Shown: positions 1-9,168 of the stretch, in pieces | How positions within the stretch are numbered: position 1 is the stretch's first letter | Layout: every line of letters starts with the position of its first letter | NCBI GenBank assembly: GCA_965223005.1 | Contig: CBDCVK010000010.1 | Coordinates: 1,408,001 to 1,472,000 of the forward strand | Length of the DNA: 64,000 nucleotides | Direction of reading: 5' to 3' | From: Terriglobia bacterium | Lineage (GTDB): Bacteria > Acidobacteriota > Terriglobia > JAJPHL01 > JAPKYU01 | The notes under the pieces: model-generated | Seen by the model: only the letters and a program-made list of their open reading frames with translations | Databases searched by the model: none | What the model was told of the DNA's origin: nothing | Position numbers and translations under genes: made by a program

Positions 1-2
1 CA

Positions 3-1016
3 CCGGTGGACGAGCCCAACGGGAATCCGTTTCTGACATTCCCCAGAGCGACCAACTCGGCCGAACTGCTGAAGCTGGCTCGCGCGATCCGTTGGTCTCC
101 CTTTCTCACGGAGGTCCAATTCGCGCTGGCGAGGGCCGCAGTGGAGCATGAAGGACTGGGCCGCGGGCCGGCGACCGACCTGCTGGCCATCAGCGTTTCG
201 GCCACTGATCTGGTGGGACACGTCTACGGCCCGGATGCCCCCCAGACTCGCGATGCCGTCTTGCGCGCCGATCGCAATCTCGCCGAGTTCCTGGGGTTTC
301 TGGAGCAACGCATTGGCTTGCGCCACGTCTGGATCGCGCTCAGTGCCGACCACGGCGTCGCGCCTATGCCCGAGCGGGTTCGGCGGGAGGGTCTGGGTGC
401 TGGACGCGTTGCCTACCAGGACGTGGTACAGAAGGTCGAAACCCGGCTGCGGCAGCTTTACGCAGCCAGATCGGGCAGCAGCTCCAGCGCGGCGAATCAG
501 AAGTGGGTGCTGAACTACTCGGTACCACACCTGTACTTAAACCATGCGCTTGTCCGCAAGCACCGGCTCAACCCAGATGAGGTGGCGCGCCGGGCGGCCG
601 AGGCCCTGCTGAAATTGCCTGGCCTGGCAGCCGTATTCACACGCGCGGAGCTGACTGGCTGCCGGCCCGGGCTGGAACTGCCGGGCAAAGTCTGCCTGTC
701 GTATCATCCGGACCGCGGTGGCGACCTCTACCTGGTTTTCAAGCGGTACTGGATGAACGAACTATCAGCCATACCCAAGGGCACGACGCACGGTTCGCCC
801 TATGACTATGACACGCATGTGCCGTTGATTCTCTGGGGCCGCCCTTTCCGCGCAGGCACCTATGAGGCGCAGGTCTCTCCAGCCGATTTGCCGGTGACAC
901 TGGCTGCCGCGCTGGGAATCCGGGCCCCTTCGCTGGCCACCGGCCGCGTCTTGACCGAAGCTCTGAAACGCGAGACCCGGAATCCGAAATCCGATGAATC
1001 CCGACCTGTCCACTGA
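3..1016 (+). CDS. Alkaline phosphatase / nucleotide pyrophosphatase family protein (PafA-like), 5'-partial
   Basis: Motifs [17 protein letters not shown] and [14 protein letters not shown]; frame is open to the window edge. Confidence 0.85.
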   Translation, partial: PVDEPNGNPFLTFPRATNSAELLKLARAIRWSPFLTEVQFALARAAVEHEGLGRGPATDLLAISVSATDLVGHVYGPDAPQTRDAVLRADRNLAEFLGFLEQRIGLRHVWIALSADHGVAPMPERVRREGLGAGRVAYQDVVQKVETRLRQLYAARSGSSSSAANQKWVLNYSVPHLYLNHALVRKHRLNPDEVARRAAEALLKLPGLAAVFTRAELTGCRPGLELPGKVCLSYHPDRGGDLYLVFKRYWMNELSAIPKGTTHGSPYDYDTHVPLILWGRPFRAGTYEAQVSPADLPVTLAAALGIRAPSLATGRVLTEALKRETRNPKSDESRPVH

Positions 1017-1938
1017 GATCGCCGGCGTGCGGCTGAAAAACCCGGTGATCGCCGCCAGCGGCACGTTCGCTTACGGCGTGGAGTTCGCACACCTGGTGGA
1101 CTTGAACCGGCTCGGCGGGCTGGTAGTGAAGGGGCTCGCGCGCGAGCCGATGCCGGGCCATCCATCTCCACGGCTGCACGAGACCGCTTCGGGAATGTTG
1201 AACGCCGTTGGCCTGCAAAACATCGGGGCGGCCGCGTTTATCCGCGAGAAACTGCCGGAGCTGGGCCGCTACGATACTGCCGTCTTCGCCAATGTCTTCG
1301 GATACGCCACCGAAGATTACGCGGAGGTGATCCGCATCCTGGAGCAGGGGGAAGGGCTGGCCGGCTACGAGCTGAACGTGTCCTGTCCCAACACCAGGCA
1401 TGGGGGCATCAGTTTTGGCGCCGACCCGCGGCTGACACATGAGGTCACTGCGGCGGCGCGCCGGGTCTCCTCCCGCCCGCTCATCGTAAAGCTCTCGCCG
1501 AACGTCACTGACATCGCCGCCCTTGCCCGAGCGGCGGCCGAGGCCGGAGCCGACGCACTGTCGTTAGTCAACACCTTCGTTGGCATGGCCATTGATCTGG
1601 ATGAGCGGCGACCAGTGCTCTCCAACGTGACCGGGGGGCTCTCCGGACCTGCAATCAAACCGATCGCGTTGCGCATGGTCTATCAGGCCGCCCAAGCCGT
1701 GCGCTTGCCCATTATTGGTCTAGGCGGCATTTGGACCGGCCGCGATGCTCTGGAATTTATGGTTGCCGGGGCGGCGGCCGTGCAGGTGGGCACTGCCTCC
1801 TTCGCCGATCCGTGCGCCACGCTTCGTATCATCGGCGAAATGGAGCACTACTGCCGCGACCACGGTGTCGCCTCGGTGCGCTCCCTTATCGGGACCCTGC
1901 GTGCAGAAGCCCGTGAAGACTTGGCAGCGGGAATCTAG
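994..1938 (+). CDS. pyrD: Dihydroorotate dehydrogenase class 1B catalytic subunit
   Basis: [52 protein letters not shown]. Confidence 0.95.
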   Translation: MNPDLSTEIAGVRLKNPVIAASGTFAYGVEFAHLVDLNRLGGLVVKGLAREPMPGHPSPRLHETASGMLNAVGLQNIGAAAFIREKLPELGRYDTAVFANVFGYATEDYAEVIRILEQGEGLAGYELNVSCPNTRHGGISFGADPRLTHEVTAAARRVSSRPLIVKLSPNVTDIAALARAAAEAGADALSLVNTFVGMAIDLDERRPVLSNVTGGLSGPAIKPIALRMVYQAAQAVRLPIIGLGGIWTGRDALEFMVAGAAAVQVGTASFADPCATLRIIGEMEHYCRDHGVASVRSLIGTLRAEAREDLAAGI

Positions 1939-2003
1939 CATTGTTCTTCGGGTCTAGACGAGCAAGATGTCCCCAGGCACCAGCGGGCCCGTGAGCATCG
2001 TGG

Positions 2004-2222
2004 CTAGCGGTAGCGGTAGGTAATGCGGCCGCGGCCCAGGTCGTAGGGGGTAAGCTCCAGCGCTACGCGGTCTCCGGCAAGAATGCGAATGCGGTTTTTT
2101 CTGAGTCTGCCCGAAAGATGGGCCAATGCGGTTCTGTTCTCCCCGAAGCGAACGCTGAAGACGCCTCCGGGAAACTTCTCGACCACGACACCCTCCACGC
2201 TGATCAGGTCTTCTCTACTCAT
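2004..2222 (-). CDS. infA: Translation initiation factor IF-1 (divergent, stand-alone copy)
   Basis: 72 aa; AHLSGRLRKNRIRILAGDRV and TPYDLGRGRITYR match the IF-1 pattern. Confidence 0.9.
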   Translation of the reverse strand: MSREDLISVEGVVVEKFPGGVFSVRFGENRTALAHLSGRLRKNRIRILAGDRVALELTPYDLGRGRITYRYR

Positions 2223-2240
2223 TCATTCCCCTGCTGGTCA

Positions 2241-2270
2241 TTCACACTCCTGCTGGTTCGCTATTATACT
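2241..2270. promoter_or_regulatory. Overlapping divergent sigma70-type promoters for infA and the ParB-domain gene
   Basis: Plus strand TTCACA-N18-TATACT (2241-2270); minus strand TATAAT at 2268-2263 overlaps it. Confidence 0.5.
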
Positions 2271-2329
2271 CGAAACACTACCGCCTGTGCCGTACTGCAA
2301 GGCGTATTTGAAGAGGAGGGAGGCGTCCA

Positions 2330-3328
2330 ATGGCCAAGGCAGGGAAGACGCAGTCGAAGGCGGTGGGCAAGCGTTCGCCTGCGCGACCCACGCCGCGCAA
2401 AGCAGCACCCCGATCCCGCGGATTCGAACCGCAGGACTGCCGCTTAGAAGCCCCTCCAGCGGCGTTAGCGGAGGCCGCCAGCCGCGTGGAGAAGGAGGCG
2501 GGGGTCGTTGTGGGTACCTACCGCGACCCTCTCGGTGGCCAGCCGCTGTTGTTCGCGATCCTGCCAATCGACAGGATTGAGCCGACTCCTTTCCAACGGG
2601 ATCTTTCCCAGGCTCATCACCGGCGGCTAGCCGATGTGATTCAAAGGATCGGCCTATTCCTGGATCCAGTCATCGCTGTTCCTGCTCCTGAGAGAGGGCT
2701 TTGGACCCCCAACGGCCGCCATCGCCTGGAAGCGATGCGTCGCCTGGGTGCCAAAGCCATTACCGCGCTGGTGGTCCCCAACCGCGAGGTGGCCTGGCAA
2801 ATTCTGGCCCTGAACACCGAGAAGGCGCACAACCTCCGGGAGCGTTCGCTGGAAGTGATCCGCATTTACAAAGGGCTGCTGGAAGAGGACGGCGCCCGCG
2901 CCGAACGCACCTTTGCCTTTTATCTCGAGGAAGCGGCGCTGGTGACTCTCGGCCTTTGCTACGAGAGGAAAGGCAACTTTGCCGGTGGGGCTTATCACTC
3001 GGTCCTCAGGAGGTTGGAAACCTTCCTCGGCGAGCCGCTGCGCCAGGCGATCCACGAGCACGAAAGACGCGCCGAACTGCTGTTTGACTTGGAAGAGCGG
3101 GTGGCCGAGGCTGTTTCCCAGCTCAGGCAGCGGGGCCTGGTGAGCCCCTATCTGCGGGCGTTCGTGGTGGCCCGGATCAATCCGCTGCGCTGGATCAAAG
3201 GCGAGCCGCCGCCTTTGGAGCAGGTGTTGAAGACAATGCGAGACCGCGCGGCTCGTTTCAATGTGGACCGGGTCAAGCAACAGGATCTCACCCGCATCTC
3301 CGGGGCTCCTCCCGAAGAAGAGGAATAG
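2330..3328 (+). CDS. Orphan ParB/Srx N-terminal-domain protein
   Basis: IEPTPFQRD, IGLFLDPVIAV, PNGRHRLEAM (GxxR-like), ALNTEK; no parA adjacent. Confidence 0.75.
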   Translation: MAKAGKTQSKAVGKRSPARPTPRKAAPRSRGFEPQDCRLEAPPAALAEAASRVEKEAGVVVGTYRDPLGGQPLLFAILPIDRIEPTPFQRDLSQAHHRRLADVIQRIGLFLDPVIAVPAPERGLWTPNGRHRLEAMRRLGAKAITALVVPNREVAWQILALNTEKAHNLRERSLEVIRIYKGLLEEDGARAERTFAFYLEEAALVTLGLCYERKGNFAGGAYHSVLRRLETFLGEPLRQAIHEHERRAELLFDLEERVAEAVSQLRQRGLVSPYLRAFVVARINPLRWIKGEPPPLEQVLKTMRDRAARFNVDRVKQQDLTRISGAPPEEEE

Positions 3329-3450
3329 TCCGAATCCCGGGTGACGAATGCCGGACCGTCCCTTTCACCTTTTGTTGCCAGTTTGCTAAGATTCCATGAG
3401 GATAGGGACGCTCAGTAGGGCGATTCCGAATCCTGCGGGAGCTGCCTCTT

Positions 3451-5328
3451 ATGGATCGTGTTGCCAACAGTTTGCCTGTCGCTCTTCACAACGTCGCCAC
3501 TCAACTGCGGATTGATTCCGTTGAAGCTACCACTGCTGCGGGTAGCGGGCATCCTACCAGTTGCCTGTCGGCGTCGGAAGTCATGGCGACGCTGTTTTTC
3601 TCCGTCATGCGCTTGGACCCTTCCGACCCCGGAAATCTGGCCAATGACAGATTTGTCCTCTCCAAAGGCCACGCTGCCCCGATCCTGTATTCAGCCTGGG
3701 CAGAGCTGGGGTACTTTTCCCGGGAGCAGCTGCTGACCCTGCGGCAGCTGGACTCGGACCTGGAGGGTCATCCCACGCCGATTCTGCCCTTTGTGGCCGT
3801 ACCGACTGGCTCGTTGGGCCAAGGGCTGCCGGTGGGTGTGGGGATGGCCTTGAGCGCGCGCCTGGACGGCAGTGACTATCGCACCTATGTCTTGATGGGC
3901 GACGGGGAAACAATGGAAGGATCGGTTTGGGAAGCGGCCGCCGTAGCCACCTTCTATGGCATGGATAACCTGTGCGCCATTGTGGACGTCAACCGCTTGG
4001 GCCAAAGCGGGCCCACCATGCTGCAACACGAACTGGAAATCTTTCGGCAACGGTGGGAAGCCTTCGGCTGGAACGCCCTTGCCGTGGACGGCCACGATGT
4101 CCCGCAATTGCTGGAAGCTTTTAAGAACGCACGGAACACCAAAAACCGCCCCACCGCGATTCTGGCGCGGACCTGGAAAGGCAAGGGAGTCTCGTCTCTA
4201 GAGAACAAAGAAGGCTGGCATGGGAAGGCCCTCAAGAGAGGAGAGGAGAGCGAAGCGGCGTTGAGCGAGCTGCGGGCGCAATTCATGTCCCATGACGGGG
4301 CTAAAGCCTGGCCTACACCGCCCCAGAACTCCAGGCGAGGCCCTGCGTCCCAGCCGGTTGCCCTGCCCCGACCGGAATTCACTTCCACCAAGCCCGTCGC
4401 TACCCGGGAAGCCTTCGGTCAGGCACTGGCCCGGCTGGGCGAACTGGACCCGCGCATCGTGTCCCTGGATGGCGATGTCAAGAATTCCACCCATACGGAA
4501 ATGTTTCAGGGGGTGGCGCCCGCCCGCTTCGTGGAAGGCTATATCGCCGAACAGAACATGGTTGGGATGGCGATGGGTCTGGCGGCCTCCGGGAAGGTCC
4601 CCTTCGCTGCCACGTTCGCCTGTTTTCTGACTCGGGCCGCCGACTTCATTCGCCTAGCCGGCCTGGCGAAATCCAACATCAAGTTTGTCGGCACTCACGC
4701 CGGCGTTTCCATCGGCGAGGACGGCGCGTCCCAAATGGGGTTGGAAGACCTAGCCTTGTTCCGTGCCGTGCCGGACTCAGTGGTGCTGTATCCGAGCGAT
4801 GCCGTCAGCACCTGGCACGCGGTCCGGCTGGTGGCACGACACCAGGGGCTTTGCTACGTTCGCACGGGGCGGCCCAAGGCGCCGATTCTTTACTCCAATG
4901 ACGAGACCTTCGCTATCGGAAAAGCGAAAGTGGTTCGCCAGAGCGCCAAGGACGCGCTCGCTGTGGTGGCCGCCGGGGTGACTCTGTTCGAGGCCCTGCA
5001 CGCCTACGACGAACTCAAGAAGGACAACATCGCGTTGCGGGTCGTGGATTTGTTCAGCGTTCTTCCCGTGGACACGGAAACCCTGCTGGCAACTGCACGA
5101 GCCGCCAACAATACTGTGATCACTGTTGAGGATCACTACGCGGCGGGCGGAGTGGGAGACGCGGTTGCGGAAGCGCTGGGGCCCCACGGCGTGCGTTTGT
5201 ATCGGCTGGCGGTACGCCAGATTCCCCACAGCGGCAAACCCGAGGAACTGCTCCACTGCTACGAGATTGATGCCGCGGCCATCCTCAAGCAGGTGCGTGC
5301 TGCGTTGGCAACGTCTGCCAAACTCTAG
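3451..5328 (+). CDS. tkt: Transketolase (single-chain, animal-type subfamily)
   Basis: GSGHPTSC, DRFVLSKGHAAP, TGSLGQG, ThDP motif GDGE, IAEQNMVG, GEDGASQM. Confidence 0.95.
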   Translation: MDRVANSLPVALHNVATQLRIDSVEATTAAGSGHPTSCLSASEVMATLFFSVMRLDPSDPGNLANDRFVLSKGHAAPILYSAWAELGYFSREQLLTLRQLDSDLEGHPTPILPFVAVPTGSLGQGLPVGVGMALSARLDGSDYRTYVLMGDGETMEGSVWEAAAVATFYGMDNLCAIVDVNRLGQSGPTMLQHELEIFRQRWEAFGWNALAVDGHDVPQLLEAFKNARNTKNRPTAILARTWKGKGVSSLENKEGWHGKALKRGEESEAALSELRAQFMSHDGAKAWPTPPQNSRRGPASQPVALPRPEFTSTKPVATREAFGQALARLGELDPRIVSLDGDVKNSTHTEMFQGVAPARFVEGYIAEQNMVGMAMGLAASGKVPFAATFACFLTRAADFIRLAGLAKSNIKFVGTHAGVSIGEDGASQMGLEDLALFRAVPDSVVLYPSDAVSTWHAVRLVARHQGLCYVRTGRPKAPILYSNDETFAIGKAKVVRQSAKDALAVVAAGVTLFEALHAYDELKKDNIALRVVDLFSVLPVDTETLLATARAANNTVITVEDHYAAGGVGDAVAEALGPHGVRLYRLAVRQIPHSGKPEELLHCYEIDAAAILKQVRAALATSAKL

Positions 5329-5455
5329 GCGCCAGAAACGGGTGGCGGTGCGAGGGCTCTCCTCGAAACTTCCTCGGAATGAAGCCGGTCTCGAAGCAGG
5401 CGGCAGAGTCGGCAGCGCCAGCGACCTCCTGATCCAACCCGCTCAACTCCAGGAA

Positions 5456-7042
5456 CTACGGGATTTCCCCGATCGGTGCCTCCTGGCTCCAGAGCGCGTG
5501 CATAAAGTCGTACAGGCTGCTGCTCACCGAGACCTTGTAGGGGGTAGGGTTCAGAGGGCGCACGTGATCCTGGCGCAAAGAGGCAAGCTGCTCGAGGCAA
5601 TGCGCACGCACCTGCTTTAGAGCGGGGAAGGACGCCAACAGCCGTCCGTCCCAGACGCACTGGTGTAAGGGGAACACCTGGTCCGGAGTGACGTGGGCCC
5701 GCTTGGTTTCGTCAAACGGGTGCCGGCACTGAAGGCGCTTGCCAGCTTCAGGAGCTTCCTCTCCGGCGCGAATCAGCAGGTCAAGCACAGGCTGCCCGTT
5801 TGTCCCCACCAGTCGATATGCCTCTTTCCGTCCTGGAATCGTCATTTTGCTGACGTCTTCGGAGAGCTTGATGCGCGCCTTGCCTCTCACCTCTACCAGC
5901 TTGTAAACACAGCCCAGCGACGGCTGCGCCTCGCAAGTTACCAGATGGGTCCCGACGCCGAAGACGTCAATCTCGTGCCCCTGCTGGTTGAGGGAGAGCA
6001 ACGTCTGTTCGTTGATGTCGTTGCTGGCGGTGATGGTCAGCCGCGCGAAGTCCACCGAGTAGCGCTCACTCTCCCGGTGAAACATCCTCCTGGTTTGCTT
6101 GGAAAGGTAGGAGAGGTCGCCAGAATCGAGTCGCACGCCAACAGGTCTGTAGCCCATCCGGTCCAGGGCCAGGGCCACGCAGAGGAAGTTCGGTACGCCG
6201 GAGTTTAGCGTGTCATAGGTATCCACCAGCGCCAGAAAACTCCTGGGGAACGCCTGAGCGTAGGCAATAAACGCTGCCAGTTCCCCTTCGTTGGTTTTCG
6301 TAAAATTCAGATCCTTGCGATAGCCGAGTGCGGCTGCGACCAGATCCTGGGGCTGGCCTTGGGGATCCAGAACCGTCCGCTCCTTCAGCTCCTCCAGGCT
6401 CGAAAAGGAAGACACAAAGGAATGTGCGTGCGTTCCCCGGGCAGGAATTCCGAACAGTTGGCCCGCCAGGACATTGCTGGTGGCGTCGAACCCTCCGATC
6501 GAGGAATAGTGCGAAGCCGACACGCCGCCATCAGGTCCCTGCGCCCGGCGCACGCCAAATTCCAGCAGCACCTTTTCCGGGCCTGCGGCCAAGCGGAAGC
6601 GGGACGCGTTGGTGGCGACCAGGCTGGGGTAGTTCACCAGGCTCAACAGGGTGGTCTCCAGCAACTGGGCCACGGCCAGCGGCCCTTCGACCCGCAGCAA
6701 CGGGATTCGGGGAAAGACCACCGAGCCCTCCTGGATGGCGTACATTTTGACCTGCGAACAGTCCCTAGCGCGCAGCCAGGTGAAGAACTCCGGCTCGCAG
6801 TGCGGCATCAGCGACCGCAGATACTCGATTTGCTCGTCGCTGAACGCGAAGCTGCTCAGGTGCCGCAGCGCTTCTTCGAGGCCTGCGAAAACGACAAATT
6901 CTCCGCCAAATGGGCACTGCCGGAAAAACAGATCAAACACCGCCAGATCGTTGTGCCGCTCGCTCTTCCAGTAGCCATAGGCCATGGTCAACTGATACAG
7001 GTCAGTCAGCAGCGGACCCACCAGAGGATTTGTCGGCTTCAT
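5456..7042 (-). CDS. pncB: Nicotinate phosphoribosyltransferase (eukaryote-like NAPRT type)
   Basis: LLTDLYQLTM, EFGVRRAQG, GTHAHS (phospho-His), LVDTYD, VRLDSGDL, ASNDINE. Confidence 0.95.
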   Translation of the reverse strand: MKPTNPLVGPLLTDLYQLTMAYGYWKSERHNDLAVFDLFFRQCPFGGEFVVFAGLEEALRHLSSFAFSDEQIEYLRSLMPHCEPEFFTWLRARDCSQVKMYAIQEGSVVFPRIPLLRVEGPLAVAQLLETTLLSLVNYPSLVATNASRFRLAAGPEKVLLEFGVRRAQGPDGGVSASHYSSIGGFDATSNVLAGQLFGIPARGTHAHSFVSSFSSLEELKERTVLDPQGQPQDLVAAALGYRKDLNFTKTNEGELAAFIAYAQAFPRSFLALVDTYDTLNSGVPNFLCVALALDRMGYRPVGVRLDSGDLSYLSKQTRRMFHRESERYSVDFARLTITASNDINEQTLLSLNQQGHEIDVFGVGTHLVTCEAQPSLGCVYKLVEVRGKARIKLSEDVSKMTIPGRKEAYRLVGTNGQPVLDLLIRAGEEAPEAGKRLQCRHPFDETKRAHVTPDQVFPLHQCVWDGRLLASFPALKQVRAHCLEQLASLRQDHVRPLNPTPYKVSVSSSLYDFMHALWSQEAPIGEIP

Positions 7043-7126
7043 TCTTTCAAACCTTCGTCATGTTTAAGTTTGTCGCTCTGAGATATGCGTGAATTGTCGT
7101 CTTAGTGATGCGTACTCTCTCAGATA

Positions 7127-7810
7127 TCAGAGAATTCTTACAATCATGGGCTTGCGTTTCGTAAATCGGTACAACGCGGCGGGTCGATGGGCACCCCCCA
7201 ACCGCGTCCTGCCGGTGGATACCACAAGATCAAGAGATAATATCCTCTTTCGGAAATTGCGCTTGTCCAGCGTTTTCCCCAAGATTGCCTGGTAGACGCT
7301 TTGCAGCTCGCTCAGGGTAAAGGTTTCTGGCAACAGGCTCCATGCAACATTGGTGTATTCGAGTTTCCAGCGAAGGCGCTGCACAGTGTACTGAATCACC
7401 CGAGCGTGGTCATAAGCCAGCCCGGGTAATGCGTTTACGCGAAACCAATCGACCCCGGCGTATTTGGGGGATGTTTTTGGGCCCGGACCTTCCGGGTTGA
7501 GTAAAGCAAAGTACACGGTGGAGACCGCCCGGCGAGTTTTGTCTCGCCGGACTTCGCCGAACGTGTAGAGTTGCTCCAGGTATACGTTTTTGACCCCCGT
7601 CTGCTCGGCCAGCTCCCGGTAAGCCGCCTGGTCGAGGGACTCGGTGGGGCGGATGATTCCCCCCGGCAAAGCCCACAGGCCGGCATACGGTTTTTTCTTC
7701 ACTTTGATGAGCAGAATCCTCAGCCGCCCTTCGACGACGGTGAGAATGGCCACATCCACCGCAACGACAGGGATGCGAAGGTCGAGGCGGGCCGGCAGGC
7801 CTTTGCGCAT
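7127..7810 (-). CDS. nrtR: NrtR transcriptional regulator (Nudix + wHTH)
   Basis: WALPGG..ESLDQAAYRELAEQTG, YLEQLYTFG, LAYDH, FTLSELQSVY, LDKRNFRK, GAHRPAALY; sits inside the NAD operon. Confidence 0.9.
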   Translation of the reverse strand: MRKGLPARLDLRIPVVAVDVAILTVVEGRLRILLIKVKKKPYAGLWALPGGIIRPTESLDQAAYRELAEQTGVKNVYLEQLYTFGEVRRDKTRRAVSTVYFALLNPEGPGPKTSPKYAGVDWFRVNALPGLAYDHARVIQYTVQRLRWKLEYTNVAWSLLPETFTLSELQSVYQAILGKTLDKRNFRKRILSLDLVVSTGRTRLGGAHRPAALYRFTKRKPMIVRIL

Positions 7811-7850
7811 GGGACAGAGAGACGGCGCGCGAGGAGGAACTGTGGCGCCT

Positions 7851-8912
7851 TTATTGGATTTCAGTCATCCGCTGAATGGCCTGCCGGGAGCGCCGGGCAA
7901 CCTCAGGGGCAACCCTGACTTCGAACGAGGGCTCGCCCTCTTCTTTCAGGCAGGTCAGTAACCCCTCCAGCGTGATCATTTTCATGTATTCGCACATCGC
8001 CAAGTGAGAAACGGGCCAGAAGGTTTTCTCCGGGATCTCCCGCCGCAGACGGTACACAATGCCTGCCTCGGTGGCCACAATGAACTCTTGCGCAGCCGAA
8101 TCGCGAGCACGGGCAATCATCCCTTCGGTGGAAAGAAAGGAGATTTTGTCTGCCTGCCCTGCGGCCATGCGCGCCAGGCAGGAGGAGGTGCAACCACACT
8201 CCGGATGAATCAACAGTTCCGCATTCGGGTAGCGGTCCGCGGCGTCCTCAATGGCGCGTTCGCCGATTTTCTGGTGGACATGGCAGGCGCCGTCCCACAC
8301 ATGCATGTCCGCCGGCCCAATTCCGAGTTCCCGCATGACGTGAGCCGCTAGATATCGGTCGGGCAGGAAGAGAATCGGGGACTTGGGATACGTCTTGCGG
8401 ACGTGGCCGACGACCGCCGAAGCGTTGCGCGAAGTGCAAATGTAGTCGCTCTCGGCCTTGGTGAGGTCATCCGTATTGATATAGGAGACGACTTTGCCGT
8501 CAGGATACTTTTCTTTCCAGCGTTGGATGGTCGGCAGCGAGACCGACGCCACCAGCGAGCATCCGGCGCGGGCGGGAACCAGGACCCGCCGGTTGGGCAG
8601 CAAGATCTTGGCGGTCTTGGCCATGAACTCCACCGAGCAAAAAACAATGGTTCGATGGTGAGTGTCCTTGGCCTTCATCGTCAGCCCATACGAGTCCCCG
8701 ATGTGCCCGGCCACCCCGGCAATTTCCTGCAGTTCCGGGAGTTGGTAGTTATGGACGAGGAGCAGGGCGTCTTTTTGTCTTAGAAGCTCCAGTGTCTGGT
8801 TGGCCAGATCGGCCAGTCGGGTGCATTCGTCCCGACTATAGCGTCCCGGATAGATGTCGCTGGCCTTGGAGGAAAACAGCTTCCAAAAGCCGGCTCCCTT
8901 GAAGTGTCCCAT
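7851..8912 (-). CDS. nadA: Quinolinate synthase
   Basis: HNYQ, GDSY, FMA, AGCSL, SYINT, CTSRNA, ACHVH, HPEC, CEYMK. Confidence 0.93.
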   Translation of the reverse strand: MGHFKGAGFWKLFSSKASDIYPGRYSRDECTRLADLANQTLELLRQKDALLLVHNYQLPELQEIAGVAGHIGDSYGLTMKAKDTHHRTIVFCSVEFMAKTAKILLPNRRVLVPARAGCSLVASVSLPTIQRWKEKYPDGKVVSYINTDDLTKAESDYICTSRNASAVVGHVRKTYPKSPILFLPDRYLAAHVMRELGIGPADMHVWDGACHVHQKIGERAIEDAADRYPNAELLIHPECGCTSSCLARMAAGQADKISFLSTEGMIARARDSAAQEFIVATEAGIVYRLRREIPEKTFWPVSHLAMCEYMKMITLEGLLTCLKEEGEPSFEVRVAPEVARRSRQAIQRMTEIQ

Positions 8913-8936
8913 GTGCGGATCTCCCGCGCCAACTTC

Positions 8937-8957
8937 TTAGTGTAAGATGTACACCAA
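8937..8957. promoter_or_regulatory. NrtR operator
   Basis: 21-bp palindrome TTAGTGTAAGATGTACACCAA with the GT-N7-AC core of NrtR sites; lies just downstream of the -10 element. Confidence 0.8.
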
Positions 8958-8960
8958 GTG

Positions 8961-8989
8961 AGCGTACACTTTTTTATTCCTGGTGTCAA
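8961..8989 (-). promoter_or_regulatory. sigma70 promoter of nadA-nrtR-pncB
   Basis: TTGACA (8989-8984)-N17-TACGCT (8966-8961) on the minus strand. Confidence 0.8.
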
Positions 8990-9168
8990 GCCCCCGGAAT
9001 CAGGTGCTACTGGGTCGGGTCAGCCGGATCGGGTGAACCGGGTCGGGTGAGATTGCAGAGCCCGTGCCGCAGGTGGCAGCCCAGAGCGATACCCACACAC
9101 CCGCTGCCAGCGTGTGGAGATCAAGAAGCCCGGGGCAACGCCAGGAAGAACCAATTTCCTTTTGCCCG

